From NCBI GenBank assembly GCA_943353835.1, contig CALRBA010000002.1, positions 1 through 62,529 on the forward strand: a DNA stretch of 62,529 nucleotides. The letters are read 5' to 3'. The translations under genes and the position numbers were made by a program. A model generated the notes under the pieces. It did no database searches, was not told the DNA's origin, and worked only from the letters and a program-made list of their open reading frames with translations. Below are positions 53,666 to 62,523 of this stretch, piece by piece. This DNA is from Candidatus Nomurabacteria bacterium. GTDB taxonomy: Bacteria; Patescibacteriota; Minisyncoccia; Phycocordibacterales; Phycocordibacteraceae. Within the stretch, counting starts at the first letter, position 1, and every line of letters starts with the position of its first letter.

Positions 53666-53666
53666 G

Positions 53667-54479
53667 TTAGTAGGTGTTAAACCAAAATCCAAAACCGTTC
53701 CACAATGAGACGTATTTTCCTATTTTCGTGCGTCTGATGGAGAGTGTCAGAGCTTCTGTGCGAAGCGACTTGCCGATACGACCCGCGAGCGAGCGCATAT
53801 ATGTTCCAGAACCGCATATTACTTTCAAACGTATAACAGTAAAATTTCTTTCATGTGAGGATTCAAAAAGCTGTTCCCATTTTTCTAGAATAGAATCTAC
53901 GCGAAAGTCTTCTCCCATACGTTTAGACGGCTCGTCAGTTCTCTGAACATAATCAAGGAGTCTAGATATCCTTCCGGCGAGTTCTTTGCAGGAAATCATG
54001 TATAAATTTATAAGCTTTATTTTGAAAATGCGCTCAAAATGCTTTGGTATTTCAATATCTTTTAATTTTCCTTCAAGTGCATAAAGAAAAAGCGGTTTGC
54101 CGTTTACTGTTTTTGACGAAAACTTCGGATACTCGCGCAGATGCTCACCGAGTTCATCACGAAGAGTGTTCACAGTGACTCGTTCGTCTGGAGTAGTAGT
54201 CTGACTAGAATACTCCGGTATGCCGAGTACGTCGCCAGTATCGCTACCGATATCTAGTAATACTTCTATTTCATACTCTTTATCCAGATTTGTATATTCT
54301 CTTTGTCGTTTACACTCATCTCCGAGAAGTATTAGTAATTTGCCGGACGCCATCGGGTCTAGACGGCCCGCATAGCTGGCTGATACATTTTTGTATTCTA
54401 GATTTTTTATTCTCCATGCGTGTATCGCCGACAGTGGCGTCTCGCCGACTTTCTTATCCAATACTACGAATCGTTTCAT
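53667..54479 (-). CDS. truB: tRNA pseudouridine synthase, TruB family
   Basis: GRLDPMASGKLLILLG catalytic Asp motif. 270 aa. Confidence 0.7.
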   Translation of the reverse strand: MKRFVVLDKKVGETPLSAIHAWRIKNLEYKNVSASYAGRLDPMASGKLLILLGDECKRQREYTNLDKEYEIEVLLDIGSDTGDVLGIPEYSSQTTTPDERVTVNTLRDELGEHLREYPKFSSKTVNGKPLFLYALEGKLKDIEIPKHFERIFKIKLINLYMISCKELAGRISRLLDYVQRTDEPSKRMGEDFRVDSILEKWEQLFESSHERNFTVIRLKVICGSGTYMRSLAGRIGKSLRTEALTLSIRRTKIGKYVSLWNGFGFWFNTY

Positions 54480-55540
54480 TCTGATTGCTTTGAAGAATTA
54501 GGATGTATGGAGATTAGCGCGAAGAGAAGACTGGCGCAGAGAGGACCGAGAAATATCCCAGCGGGACCGAAGAATGCCAGTCCGCCAAACACAGATAGGA
54601 GAACAATGAGCGGATGAATCTTCATACCCTTCCCTACCAATTTTGGCCCAAGCAGATTATCTATCAGTCCGACTGCGACAACGCTCCATATTAAAAGCCC
54701 TATCGCAGGAGTCGTCGCGCCGATTACGAATAGATATGCGATTCCCGGAGCGAGAACGAGCGAAGTGCCGATACCCGGTATGAGAGCCGCGAGAGCCGCT
54801 ACAACTCCCCAAAGAATACTGTTCGGCACGCCGAAGAATGCGAATCCGATTCCTGTCAGTACTCCCTGTATAAGAGCAATCGTTAAACTACCTCGTATGA
54901 CAGAGTTTATCGCCTGTTCAAGACGCGTGAGTACCGCATTGTCGTCCGTATCTCTTAGCGGACTAACGTCAATAATCGTTCGCTTAAGCTTCTCTCCGTC
55001 ACGAAGAAAGTAGTAGAGCGCGATTAAGAAAATGAAAAGACTAAGAAGTAATCTGGCTATTCCGCCGAACGCTCCGCCAAGATTATGAACGAGCCACGCG
55101 AGACCGTCTTTTATATATTGGTCAACAGAGGCTGACAGGTCTGCTCCAGAGAGCGCGAGACTGGGGAAATATTGCGCCGTAACGCCGCCAACTGATTTTA
55201 TTATCGTATTTATATATGTTTCTCCTCCGCCGTTTGTTATAGAGGCGTACAGATTCTTTGCTTCATCAGATATTTGTATCGTAATGAACGTAAGAGGTAT
55301 CAGAATACACACGACTGATATCAACATTGTTATGAGTGATGCTAGCCCGGGAGATGCGCTCATACGCCGAAGAACGCTCTTGTAGAGCGGTTGTAATACT
55401 ACTGCGAATACTATCGCGAGCACCAAGACTACAATGAACGGACGGAAGATAAAAAAGGTCAATACTGAAGAAACGGCTATTAAAGTTATAAGAAAATACG
55501 GCTGAAGTGTGTTCATTTTCATATAAAAACAGTATAGCAT
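54476..55540 (-). CDS. AI-2E family transporter (PerM/YhhT-like permease)
   Basis: 354-aa polytopic membrane protein with the Gly-rich C-terminal TM pattern typical of the family. Confidence 0.7.
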   Translation of the reverse strand: MLYCFYMKMNTLQPYFLITLIAVSSVLTFFIFRPFIVVLVLAIVFAVVLQPLYKSVLRRMSASPGLASLITMLISVVCILIPLTFITIQISDEAKNLYASITNGGGETYINTIIKSVGGVTAQYFPSLALSGADLSASVDQYIKDGLAWLVHNLGGAFGGIARLLLSLFIFLIALYYFLRDGEKLKRTIIDVSPLRDTDDNAVLTRLEQAINSVIRGSLTIALIQGVLTGIGFAFFGVPNSILWGVVAALAALIPGIGTSLVLAPGIAYLFVIGATTPAIGLLIWSVVAVGLIDNLLGPKLVGKGMKIHPLIVLLSVFGGLAFFGPAGIFLGPLCASLLFALISIHPNSSKQSE

Positions 55541-55553
55541 TTCTTATCTTTTT

Positions 55554-55802
55554 GTGGTATTATTAGAAGCAATGAAACTGCCTGATGTGGATAAAGAGAG
55601 GAGCGAGCGTCCGCTCTCTTTCTCGGACTTTATGAAGTTATACAACGAGGACCTTCCTCTGCATTTTCCTCGCGTATCACTCGCGCTCCTGCGTGAATTT
55701 AGAAAGATGCACGCGACACTCTTTAAGGGCAGTAATTTATGGTCACTGGACCAGCACCGTAAGAAGGTGATGGATTGGCTAACCTCACGCAACAGAGTTT
55801 AG
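55554..55802 (+). CDS. Hypothetical protein (82 aa)
   Basis: ORF only. No motif recognised. Confidence 0.35.
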   Translation: MVLLEAMKLPDVDKERSERPLSFSDFMKLYNEDLPLHFPRVSLALLREFRKMHATLFKGSNLWSLDQHRKKVMDWLTSRNRV

Positions 55803-55898
55803 TAAACTGTTACAATAAATGTAATGAGGCGTATTTTTGGACAGTAACAACTTCCCTCTACAAGCATCCTCTTTGAGCTCGCTACGCGGAACGAGCTT

Positions 55899-56558
55899 TT
55901 ACTTTTGCATTTGTCCAATGAGCTCATAGTCGCGCGGGAAGAGATATTGGGCGATTTTAAATATACCGTACGCCATAAACGGCGCTGCGAGAACGTCTAT
56001 GGAGTAGTGAACATGGGCCAGAAGTACGGCAACGGCAAATATAAATGACAGCGACAAAAGTGCGTAACGTACTCTCTTGTTATCCCAAAAGATGACGGCT
56101 ACAAGAAACGGGAGCCCCGTGTGGCCGGAGAAGAACAATCCGGTCTGGAAGTTAAGATAGGTATATATGGAATCAAATAACCCGAGCCCAGGCGCTATAC
56201 TCTCTGGATGAATGCCGACATGCGTAAGAGAAATAAATACTGCTCTGATAATTATAAAAAGAGCCACTGCTTTCAATGTAAACAGAAAGTATCTCGGCCT
56301 GTAAAGAACGAACAGAGTTACTAGAACAATTGATATGAGGGCGACTTCAATGATTATGAAGTTTATGTCAAGAACCGGAACATTATCCAAGACGATGTCT
56401 CCGACATAATTAGAGGTCGGGCGCTGTGAATAATCAAATGCGTAGATATTAGCGAAGTACTCAGCCACATACGCGGCGCCCAGCAGGGCGAACGCGCCGA
56501 TAAGCGACGGAAGCCTCTCACGGGAGAATATATCTCTCAAGGTAAAGTCCCCTTGCAT
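55899..56558 (-). CDS. PAP2_C / sphingomyelin-synthase-like membrane phosphotransferase
   Basis: Six TM segments with FSGHTG and HVHYSIDV motifs, matching the SGHT and HYTxDV signatures of the PAP2_C/SMS family. Confidence 0.6.
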   Translation of the reverse strand: MQGDFTLRDIFSRERLPSLIGAFALLGAAYVAEYFANIYAFDYSQRPTSNYVGDIVLDNVPVLDINFIIIEVALISIVLVTLFVLYRPRYFLFTLKAVALFIIIRAVFISLTHVGIHPESIAPGLGLFDSIYTYLNFQTGLFFSGHTGLPFLVAVIFWDNKRVRYALLSLSFIFAVAVLLAHVHYSIDVLAAPFMAYGIFKIAQYLFPRDYELIGQMQK

Positions 56559-56681
56559 TTATATAGAGTATATGCTACTGTTAAAAAATCAACCAGCGCC
56601 GGTCCAGAGAAGTGGGATCGAGCTTCTAACTTCGGCTACTGATTTGATATATTAGACACACAATCATCTCAATCTATAGCT

Positions 56682-56891
56682 ATGCAAAACGGCACAGTAA
56701 TCAAGAAGAACGAGAAGGGCTTCGGCTTTATTAAAGTCGACGGCGCGTCGGAAGGCGCAAAGGATCTTTTCTTCCATTCCAACGAGCTCCAGAACATTTC
56801 GTTCGATGAGCTTCAGGAAGGTGACAAGGTTTCTTTCACGATCGGAGACAGTCCGAAGGGCCCGAACGCCCTCGGCGTCAGCAAGGTCTAA
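56682..56891 (+). CDS. Cold-shock protein (CspA family)
   Basis: KGFGFI RNP-1 motif. 69 aa. A 120-nt 5' leader, as is usual for csp genes. Confidence 0.9.
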   Translation: MQNGTVIKKNEKGFGFIKVDGASEGAKDLFFHSNELQNISFDELQEGDKVSFTIGDSPKGPNALGVSKV

Positions 56892-56911
56892 GTAAAATTA
56901 GATTAAGCAAC

Positions 56912-56948
56912 AAAAACGTCCCGCTTCTAGCGGGACGTTTTTGTTTTG
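56912..56948. terminator. Bidirectional intrinsic terminator
   Basis: AAAAACGTCCCGC-ttcta-GCGGGACGTTTTT is a 9-bp GC-rich stem flanked by an A-tract and a T-tract. Confidence 0.85.
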
Positions 56949-57043
56949 TGTATCATACCCATCATGCCTTCCACGCGACAACCCAGCCGGTCAGGACTCT
57001 GAGATGACACCCTTCTTCCTCGTCCGTAAAATATAAATCAATG

Positions 57044-57077
57044 TTCCTTATGGTGGCCTATAGGCTCTGATAAGGAA
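57044..57077. repeat. 34-bp dyad-symmetric element, copy 3 (TTCCTTATGGTGGCCTATAGGCTCTGATAAGGAA)
   Basis: Perfect 8-nt arms TTCCTTAT/ATAAGGAA around GCCTATAGGC. Lies 2 nt downstream of the stop of the 211-aa gene. Confidence 0.8.
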
Positions 57078-57079
57078 TA

Positions 57080-57715
57080 TCAGGTGCGTGGGTCGGAGGC
57101 GCGCCATTCTATTAACTTCCCGGCCTTGAGTTCCATAGAGTCTGCTCTGCGCACATAGCGCCAGTTCCCTTTCGGTACCAGAAAATAATGCTTTCTTTCA
57201 CTCAAGGCATCTGCAATATTCCATAAATCTTTTTCAGATGTTATCCAGTCAGTGCCAAATTTACGCATATCTAGCGGTTTTGAATAGCACTCTAGCGTCT
57301 TCTCTCCAGTCTCGTTCATAAACCATTCGTGGAAGTAGGAGAGCGCGAGCTCGCGTGGCGTGCGATATATCGGGTCGCGGAAGCGGAGTACCGAGTGATT
57401 CGTCTTACTTATGGCGCCCCAATAACCGCCTCGTTTATAGAGCGCGACGACGTGGTCAACATCTCCCCTCCCGAGTCTGGACGAGAGGTTCATTATGAGA
57501 GGAGGTTCGCCGGCGAGCCAGAGAGCAGTGACGGCGAGCAGAGCGCCTTCAATACAATGTGCTTTCTTTTCTCGCAGGACTCTGCGCGGAGACATATGTG
57601 TGTCACCGTTCTTCTCCCAGTTCATCGGTAGTTTATTTAAAAAATCTTGAATTTTTACGGGAGTAGAGAGACTGCGCAGCGTGTGTTCCTCCCCTTTCGT
57701 TAGACCAAATATCAT
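57080..57715 (-). CDS. Hypothetical protein, transglutaminase-like / papain-fold candidate
   Basis: Candidate Cys (KKAHCIEGALL), then His/Asp (DVDHVVALY). 211 aa. Confidence 0.45.
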   Translation of the reverse strand: MIFGLTKGEEHTLRSLSTPVKIQDFLNKLPMNWEKNGDTHMSPRRVLREKKAHCIEGALLAVTALWLAGEPPLIMNLSSRLGRGDVDHVVALYKRGGYWGAISKTNHSVLRFRDPIYRTPRELALSYFHEWFMNETGEKTLECYSKPLDMRKFGTDWITSEKDLWNIADALSERKHYFLVPKGNWRYVRRADSMELKAGKLIEWRASDPRT

Positions 57716-57718
57716 TAA

Positions 57719-58264
57719 CTATAGTGTAACAAGTCTAGCGAGTTCTCTCTGCGTCTTAGGGAGACGGCTGGGATAGGTAATGTCAATATATCCGACAACG
57801 CGGATAGAAGCGCCGTTACAGATGCCGAGTATCGTACCGGCATTCTTAACTTTACCGTCCTTCATAGTGTAATTAGAATCTGTATGAAATAGAATATCTA
57901 TACGGCTGGTGTAGCGAGCATTCATAGTGTCCGCGATAACGCGATAGCCGACGATAGGCGCCACGATGCCGTATCCGCAATTATTATTCGGAGTAGACGG
58001 ACCGACAATCTCAATAATCGTACCGAATGGTAGTTCGTCTTTGAGGTCGCGTGAGCGCGCCGCGACGACCTCTGGATTAGAGAATGAGCCGGAGGCTGTA
58101 ACAAGTGGGTCGCCGTCAGTCTGCTCGGGTACGGCGTTATACGCGGTAAGAGTCACCGCGTAATTGGGCAATGGCGGAACGCTTGGTGCATTCGCGTAAG
58201 CGGGTAATGCACTCATGGCGCCGGACAAAAGTAAAAAGCCCATAAGGGCTCCTATGATGGTCAT
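57719..58264 (-). CDS. Secreted 3D-domain protein (MltA/RlpA-like double-psi beta-barrel)
   Basis: Signal peptide, then LTAYNAVPEQTDGDPLVTASG...TIIEI, typical of 3D domains. Confidence 0.7.
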   Translation of the reverse strand: MTIIGALMGFLLLSGAMSALPAYANAPSVPPLPNYAVTLTAYNAVPEQTDGDPLVTASGSFSNPEVVAARSRDLKDELPFGTIIEIVGPSTPNNNCGYGIVAPIVGYRVIADTMNARYTSRIDILFHTDSNYTMKDGKVKNAGTILGICNGASIRVVGYIDITYPSRLPKTQRELARLVTL

Positions 58265-58308
58265 ATAATGTAAGTACCGAAATAGCCAATAGCTACCTCG
58301 TTATTTGT

Positions 58309-58339
58309 ATACTAGCATATTGACAATATCTTGTCAATA
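58309..58339 (-). promoter_or_regulatory. Sigma-70-type promoter with palindromic -35 region for the 3D-domain gene
   Basis: Minus strand: TTGACA, 17-nt spacer, TGC-TAGTAT (extended -10). The -35 lies within the perfect inverted repeat TATTGACA-N6-TGTCAATA (58318-58339). Confidence 0.55.
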
Positions 58340-58349
58340 GGTTGGAATC

Positions 58350-59987
58350 CTAAAATTCTTGGAAGACCGGCACAACGTTGACCGTCACTGAGCTAGTTAT
58401 CGGTGCGCCATTGGTCTGGCAGGTGATGGTGAAGGTAGACTGCACGGATATGGTGACCGAATACGAACCAGTCAAACCAGTTTTTGAGAGACCGGGGACG
58501 GTACAGCTCGACACGCCAGATGCTTCCCAAGATATCAATGAGCTTGAGCCAGCCTGTACGCGCGCAGGGCTCGCGCCGATTGAGACGGCCGGTTGTAATA
58601 CCGTTATGCTCTCATTGTCTGTGGCAGAACCGCCAGGTCCGGTACAAGTGACGCTGTACGATGTTGGATTTTGTGTGAGAGGACCGGTGGAGCGACTTCC
58701 TGAAGTGCCTCCGGCTGTGAAGCCAGTACCTGTACAGCCATTCGGCGCGTTCGTGGAGTTCCACGAGAGAGTTGAGGACTGTCCCTTGTCAATGACAGAA
58801 GGAGAGGCGGAGAGTGTGGCGGTAGGGGTGAATGTACTGCAGGAAGGCGGGTTTAGAGCACTGTTGTTGCAGGAGAGCCCGCCGGTGGGGTTCCCAGAGG
58901 AGCCACCAGCACCCGTACATCCTCCGTTACCGCAGGCGACACAGGAGCCGTTCACAAAAGCGAGATTCGTCGGGCATTGATCGCACGCAAGCGGATTGTT
59001 GGCGCCGTTTGAACAGGTGGGTACAGCAACAGTGACCGTCGCAGATTGAAGCGGCGAAGTCCCGCCGGGACCGGTACATTGGAAAGTGAAGGTGGTCGTG
59101 GTGGTAAGAGGATCGGTTAACCCGCTGCCTGAGAGGGTGCCAGAGTTGGACCAATTCCCGCTCGGTGCGGTGCAGCTCGTGGCGTTGGCGGAGCTCCATG
59201 AGAGCGTGGAGCGAGTGTTGTATGCAATTGAGAGAGGAGAGGCGGAGAGTGTGGCGGTTGTAGACGGACAGCTGGCGTTTGACGGAGTTGAGGCAGAGCA
59301 CGCACCACTGCAACTGATGGTACCTGAGTTTGTTTGTCCGCAGGCGTTGGCAGATGAGGTACAGGCGTTGCCGTAGCCAGCTGGGTTGGCAGATGGATAA
59401 CACGCGTTAGCGGAGCTCACTGCAATATCCAACTCTCTCGTCACATGGACCATATATCCTATCCAACGCGAACAATCGAGGGTGTAGTGGGTGTTGCTGT
59501 ACAAGGGGCCTGTGGCGAGCGGGTCTACCACTGGGCTCAGCGATGCTCCATTATAGACCTCTGTGTATGTTCCGTTTGACCCGATGATGACACAGCCATT
59601 GGCGTAGGTATTTGCTTCAACGATATAGTAGAGATTAGCCGCCCCGCCATACGACACGCTGTAGGTGTCTGCCCAGAAGTTCATTACACAATCATGATTG
59701 CTGGGGGCATACCCAGGGGGAGGGGCGCTGTCACAACTCGCAGGTAGCACCGAGCCCGCATTACCCGCTGACTGTTCAATAAAGGCGAGCTCGGAGGTGT
59801 GCGGGGTCACCCCACGCGTAGAGAAGAAGAGTGCGAGTACGAGAACACCGCACCCGACTACGGTGACCAGACCGAGATATGAAGTCTTGTGTCGTCTGAC
59901 GTGGTGCTTCAGTCGTTTGTGTACCGTTCGCATAGAGAGATAGATAAACTCTAACACGGCTACCCCCTGTCGAGACCAGTTGTGCAC
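58350..59987 (-). CDS. Membrane-anchored Cys-rich surface protein with three Ig-like repeats
   Basis: N-terminal TM anchor. About 30 Cys. Three ~75-aa repeats (ATLSASP...STLSW.S.NA..C...TCTGPGG) separated by Cys-rich linkers (CSNGANNPLACDQCPTNLAFVNGSCVACGNGGC). Confidence 0.7.
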   Translation of the reverse strand: MHNWSRQGVAVLEFIYLSMRTVHKRLKHHVRRHKTSYLGLVTVVGCGVLVLALFFSTRGVTPHTSELAFIEQSAGNAGSVLPASCDSAPPPGYAPSNHDCVMNFWADTYSVSYGGAANLYYIVEANTYANGCVIIGSNGTYTEVYNGASLSPVVDPLATGPLYSNTHYTLDCSRWIGYMVHVTRELDIAVSSANACYPSANPAGYGNACTSSANACGQTNSGTISCSGACSASTPSNASCPSTTATLSASPLSIAYNTRSTLSWSSANATSCTAPSGNWSNSGTLSGSGLTDPLTTTTTFTFQCTGPGGTSPLQSATVTVAVPTCSNGANNPLACDQCPTNLAFVNGSCVACGNGGCTGAGGSSGNPTGGLSCNNSALNPPSCSTFTPTATLSASPSVIDKGQSSTLSWNSTNAPNGCTGTGFTAGGTSGSRSTGPLTQNPTSYSVTCTGPGGSATDNESITVLQPAVSIGASPARVQAGSSSLISWEASGVSSCTVPGLSKTGLTGSYSVTISVQSTFTITCQTNGAPITSSVTVNVVPVFQEF

Positions 59988-60005
59988 ATCGAGGAGCGAA
60001 GGACG

Positions 60006-60740
60006 CTACTGCTTCCCTTCCAATAGCTTCAAGTTACTCGCTATCGAGAGCCTCATTGCTTGCAAGCCCGTCCCATAGACCCGCGGGTCATTCCCCGGAT
60101 ATGCCCTACCCCACGCCTCTTCGGTCATACTATCTGCAACCCGTTGAGCATTCTCAAATGCCTCCCGTGCCTCTTGATAGCGACCCTTATTTAACAGCAG
60201 CGTGCCATAGGTATTCTGCACCCATGGGTTCTCGGTACTTGTGGCGACCGGCAGTAGGGTCGCGAGTGCGCCGTCGATGTCGCCAATGCGGAATTGGAGC
60301 CACGCCTTATCGTTCTTCGCTGCCCAACTCTCTGGTTTATGCTCGATAAAGGTACCAAACGCCTCTATCGCCTCCTTCTCTCTGTTCATATACCCGAGCG
60401 TGAGCCCGATGATGTAATAGGTGTTCCAGTGCTCGGGATATATCTCAAGCTCTTTTTGCGCCTCTGCGAGCGCTACGTCTAACTGCCCTCGGATAAAGTA
60501 GGTGCGCGAGAGCTGGTGGTGGGCAAAGGGCGGAATGCTCCCAACAATCGGGTTGGTGGCACGAGCGAAGAAGAAGTTCGCGAGCGTGACGTTATAGAGC
60601 GCCGGCACCCCACCGAAAAAGACATTTCCAATTTTGAAATGAGTGTCGGGAGACAAGAGGATGTAGAGGAAAACGAGTACTACGACGAACCATAGAATCC
60701 ATACTCGAACTCTATAAAAAATTTCTTGTATCTTTCTCAT
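60006..60740 (-). CDS. Membrane-anchored TPR-repeat protein
   Basis: N-terminal TM helix followed by TPR-like helical repeats (YYIIGLTLGYMNREKEAIEAF, GTLLLNKGRYQEAREAFENA). Confidence 0.65.
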   Translation of the reverse strand: MRKIQEIFYRVRVWILWFVVVLVFLYILLSPDTHFKIGNVFFGGVPALYNVTLANFFFARATNPIVGSIPPFAHHQLSRTYFIRGQLDVALAEAQKELEIYPEHWNTYYIIGLTLGYMNREKEAIEAFGTFIEHKPESWAAKNDKAWLQFRIGDIDGALATLLPVATSTENPWVQNTYGTLLLNKGRYQEAREAFENAQRVADSMTEEAWGRAYPGNDPRVYGTGLQAMRLSIASNLKLLEGKQ

Positions 60741-60745
60741 TATTT

Positions 60746-61135
60746 CTAGCAGATATGTTTTCTGCCGAAGAGGAAAAATCTGCTTTTATTAATAGCGCCA
60801 TACAGCGCATCACGCACCGGAGCTGGAACTATGATACCCACATACAGAAGAGACCACGGCCACCCAATCCCCTTAAGAATCTCGAGCACCGCCCGAGACT
60901 TTGTGTAGTATCGTCCGTCCTTAAACAGAATAATGGTCTCCTCGGTCGTATTGAGCGGGAGGCCGGCGCGTACCTTGAGTTCTTGGGCTAGAGCATCATC
61001 TTTATTAATTAGAAGAAATCTTTTTACTTTATCGCGAGCAACTATAAAAGCGATTGCCCTGTTGCATAAATTACATGTGCCATCGAAAATTACTTTTTCT
61101 TGTAACTTTTTCATAGCTTTTACGAATACTACCAT
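60746..61135 (-). CDS. DCC-family thiol-disulfide oxidoreductase (DUF393)
   Basis: N-terminal FDGTCNLCN (CxxC) motif. About 125 aa. Confidence 0.7.
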   Translation of the reverse strand: MVVFVKAMKKLQEKVIFDGTCNLCNRAIAFIVARDKVKRFLLINKDDALAQELKVRAGLPLNTTEETIILFKDGRYYTKSRAVLEILKGIGWPWSLLYVGIIVPAPVRDALYGAINKSRFFLFGRKHIC

Positions 61136-61241
61136 GGACTTTATATGTGGATAGATACTGTTCCCTTTCTAAGGACGAAAATAGGTGCACTTAAGCACAT
61201 CCATTTTGCCAGAACGAAATTCGAGAGCGAGCTTATTCCAC

Positions 61242-62327
61242 TTACATTGAGATTGCTTTATTCGCCACCTCCTTAAAGTAAGGCGATATAGTAAATAGGC
61301 TACTGATGCCACGCCATGTCGCGCCGTTGCGTTGCGACTCATTTTTCAAAAAACGGATGAATACGCTCGTCTCTGGTTGCAACACGGTATTAAGTGCGGT
61401 GGCGAGCAGGTCGGCCTGTATTTTCGCTGAAACGCTGTCGTCATTGCGCAAAAGGAGCTGGGCGTAAAAAAGACGGCCGTAGAGGATGTATTCTTCAGCG
61501 AGGATGTTCTGCTGTCCTTTCGCAAATGTGAAGAAGTTCTCGAATTCAGTGCGGTAGTCGCTGAGGTACGGCTCTCCCTTCTGCACCGAGAGGCGACCGA
61601 TAATGACTGCCCGCCAATAGCGATACACGAGGTAGCGGGTGCTATCGCCATAAGTAGGGTCTTGTTTAGCCTCTTCCTCTGAGGCTGTAGCACCCTTACT
61701 CAGCCATTCTTCGGCCGTCGCCGCATATTCTGTCGTAATGGTCCGCGGCTGATCCCGATTCAAGATGACCTGCTCCGTGTACCAGCTCGCAATACCGATA
61801 GCCGCGTTCGATGTCGGGAGAAGGCTGTAGGACCACTCGTACAGTTTACGAGCTGATAGATCAGGGTCGCCCTTCGCGAGATACTGGTCGAACGGAGCGT
61901 CCTTGTATATCTCCATAAAAACAGCGTTATCCCGGCCCGAAATCGAATACTGTCCTGCGAGAACATTTAATATGTTGACCCGTACTTTACCTGAAACCGT
62001 CGCATCGAGAATTGCTTTTTTCATATTGCGAATGTCTACGAGACGTGTTTCTGGGTCACCGGTCAGGCGGTATTGTATACCGAGTGACGCATAGAGAGCG
62101 AGTGCTTTCTCGTCAGCGCTCTTGTTCACGTCGCCTTGGATGGAAAGTGTCTTCACGGACGCTTCCTCGAAATCGCCACTTCGAACGTCTTGAACAAGTT
62201 CCGGTAGTGCACTTGTCCGTACAGGGCCAAAACCTTCGTTGAAGTAAAAGTATAGGAGGCCTGCTCCTACTGCAAGTGTTGCTAGAAACACGAGAATGGC
62301 AACTATATATGATCGTTGCTGTGGCAT
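61242..62327 (-). CDS. Hypothetical membrane-anchored helical protein (361 aa)
   Basis: Single N-terminal TM helix. The remainder is helical. No motif recognised. Confidence 0.5.
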   Translation of the reverse strand: MPQQRSYIVAILVFLATLAVGAGLLYFYFNEGFGPVRTSALPELVQDVRSGDFEEASVKTLSIQGDVNKSADEKALALYASLGIQYRLTGDPETRLVDIRNMKKAILDATVSGKVRVNILNVLAGQYSISGRDNAVFMEIYKDAPFDQYLAKGDPDLSARKLYEWSYSLLPTSNAAIGIASWYTEQVILNRDQPRTITTEYAATAEEWLSKGATASEEEAKQDPTYGDSTRYLVYRYWRAVIIGRLSVQKGEPYLSDYRTEFENFFTFAKGQQNILAEEYILYGRLFYAQLLLRNDDSVSAKIQADLLATALNTVLQPETSVFIRFLKNESQRNGATWRGISSLFTISPYFKEVANKAISM

Positions 62328-62328
62328 T

Positions 62329-62523
62329 TTATTTACTACCTACTGGGCTATCGGTTGGGACGTCCGCATACGCGATACCAAAATCATTTGTACCGAGCGG
62401 TGAAAGAAGACCTTTCTGATCGTGACCTGGGATCCTGCCAACAGCGAAGAATACCGCAAAAAAACCGACTACCACAAACGCAGTATTCCCCATTCTCTTC
62501 ATCCATCCGTGCATTATCCACAT
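62329..62523 (-). CDS. Small membrane-anchored hypothetical protein (64 aa)
   Basis: One TM helix. Its stop is 1 nt from the next gene's start. Lies at the window edge. Confidence 0.35.
   Translation of the reverse strand: MWIMHGWMKRMGNTAFVVVGFFAVFFAVGRIPGHDQKGLLSPLGTNDFGIAYADVPTDSPVGSK

Noticed and set aside
53451-53666. tmRNA or complete tRNA in the island/truB intergenic region (GGTTCGAC, GGTTCGAAC and a GCCA end)
   Set aside because: No acceptor pairing partner exists, there is no tag reading frame, and the region is too short at 216 nt. Only a 3'-half-like fragment is defensible.
58378-59376. Several plus-strand ORFs (200 aa, 96 aa and others) opposite the Cys-rich surface protein gene
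   Set aside because: They are shadow ORFs caused by the biased, repeat-rich composition of the minus-strand gene.
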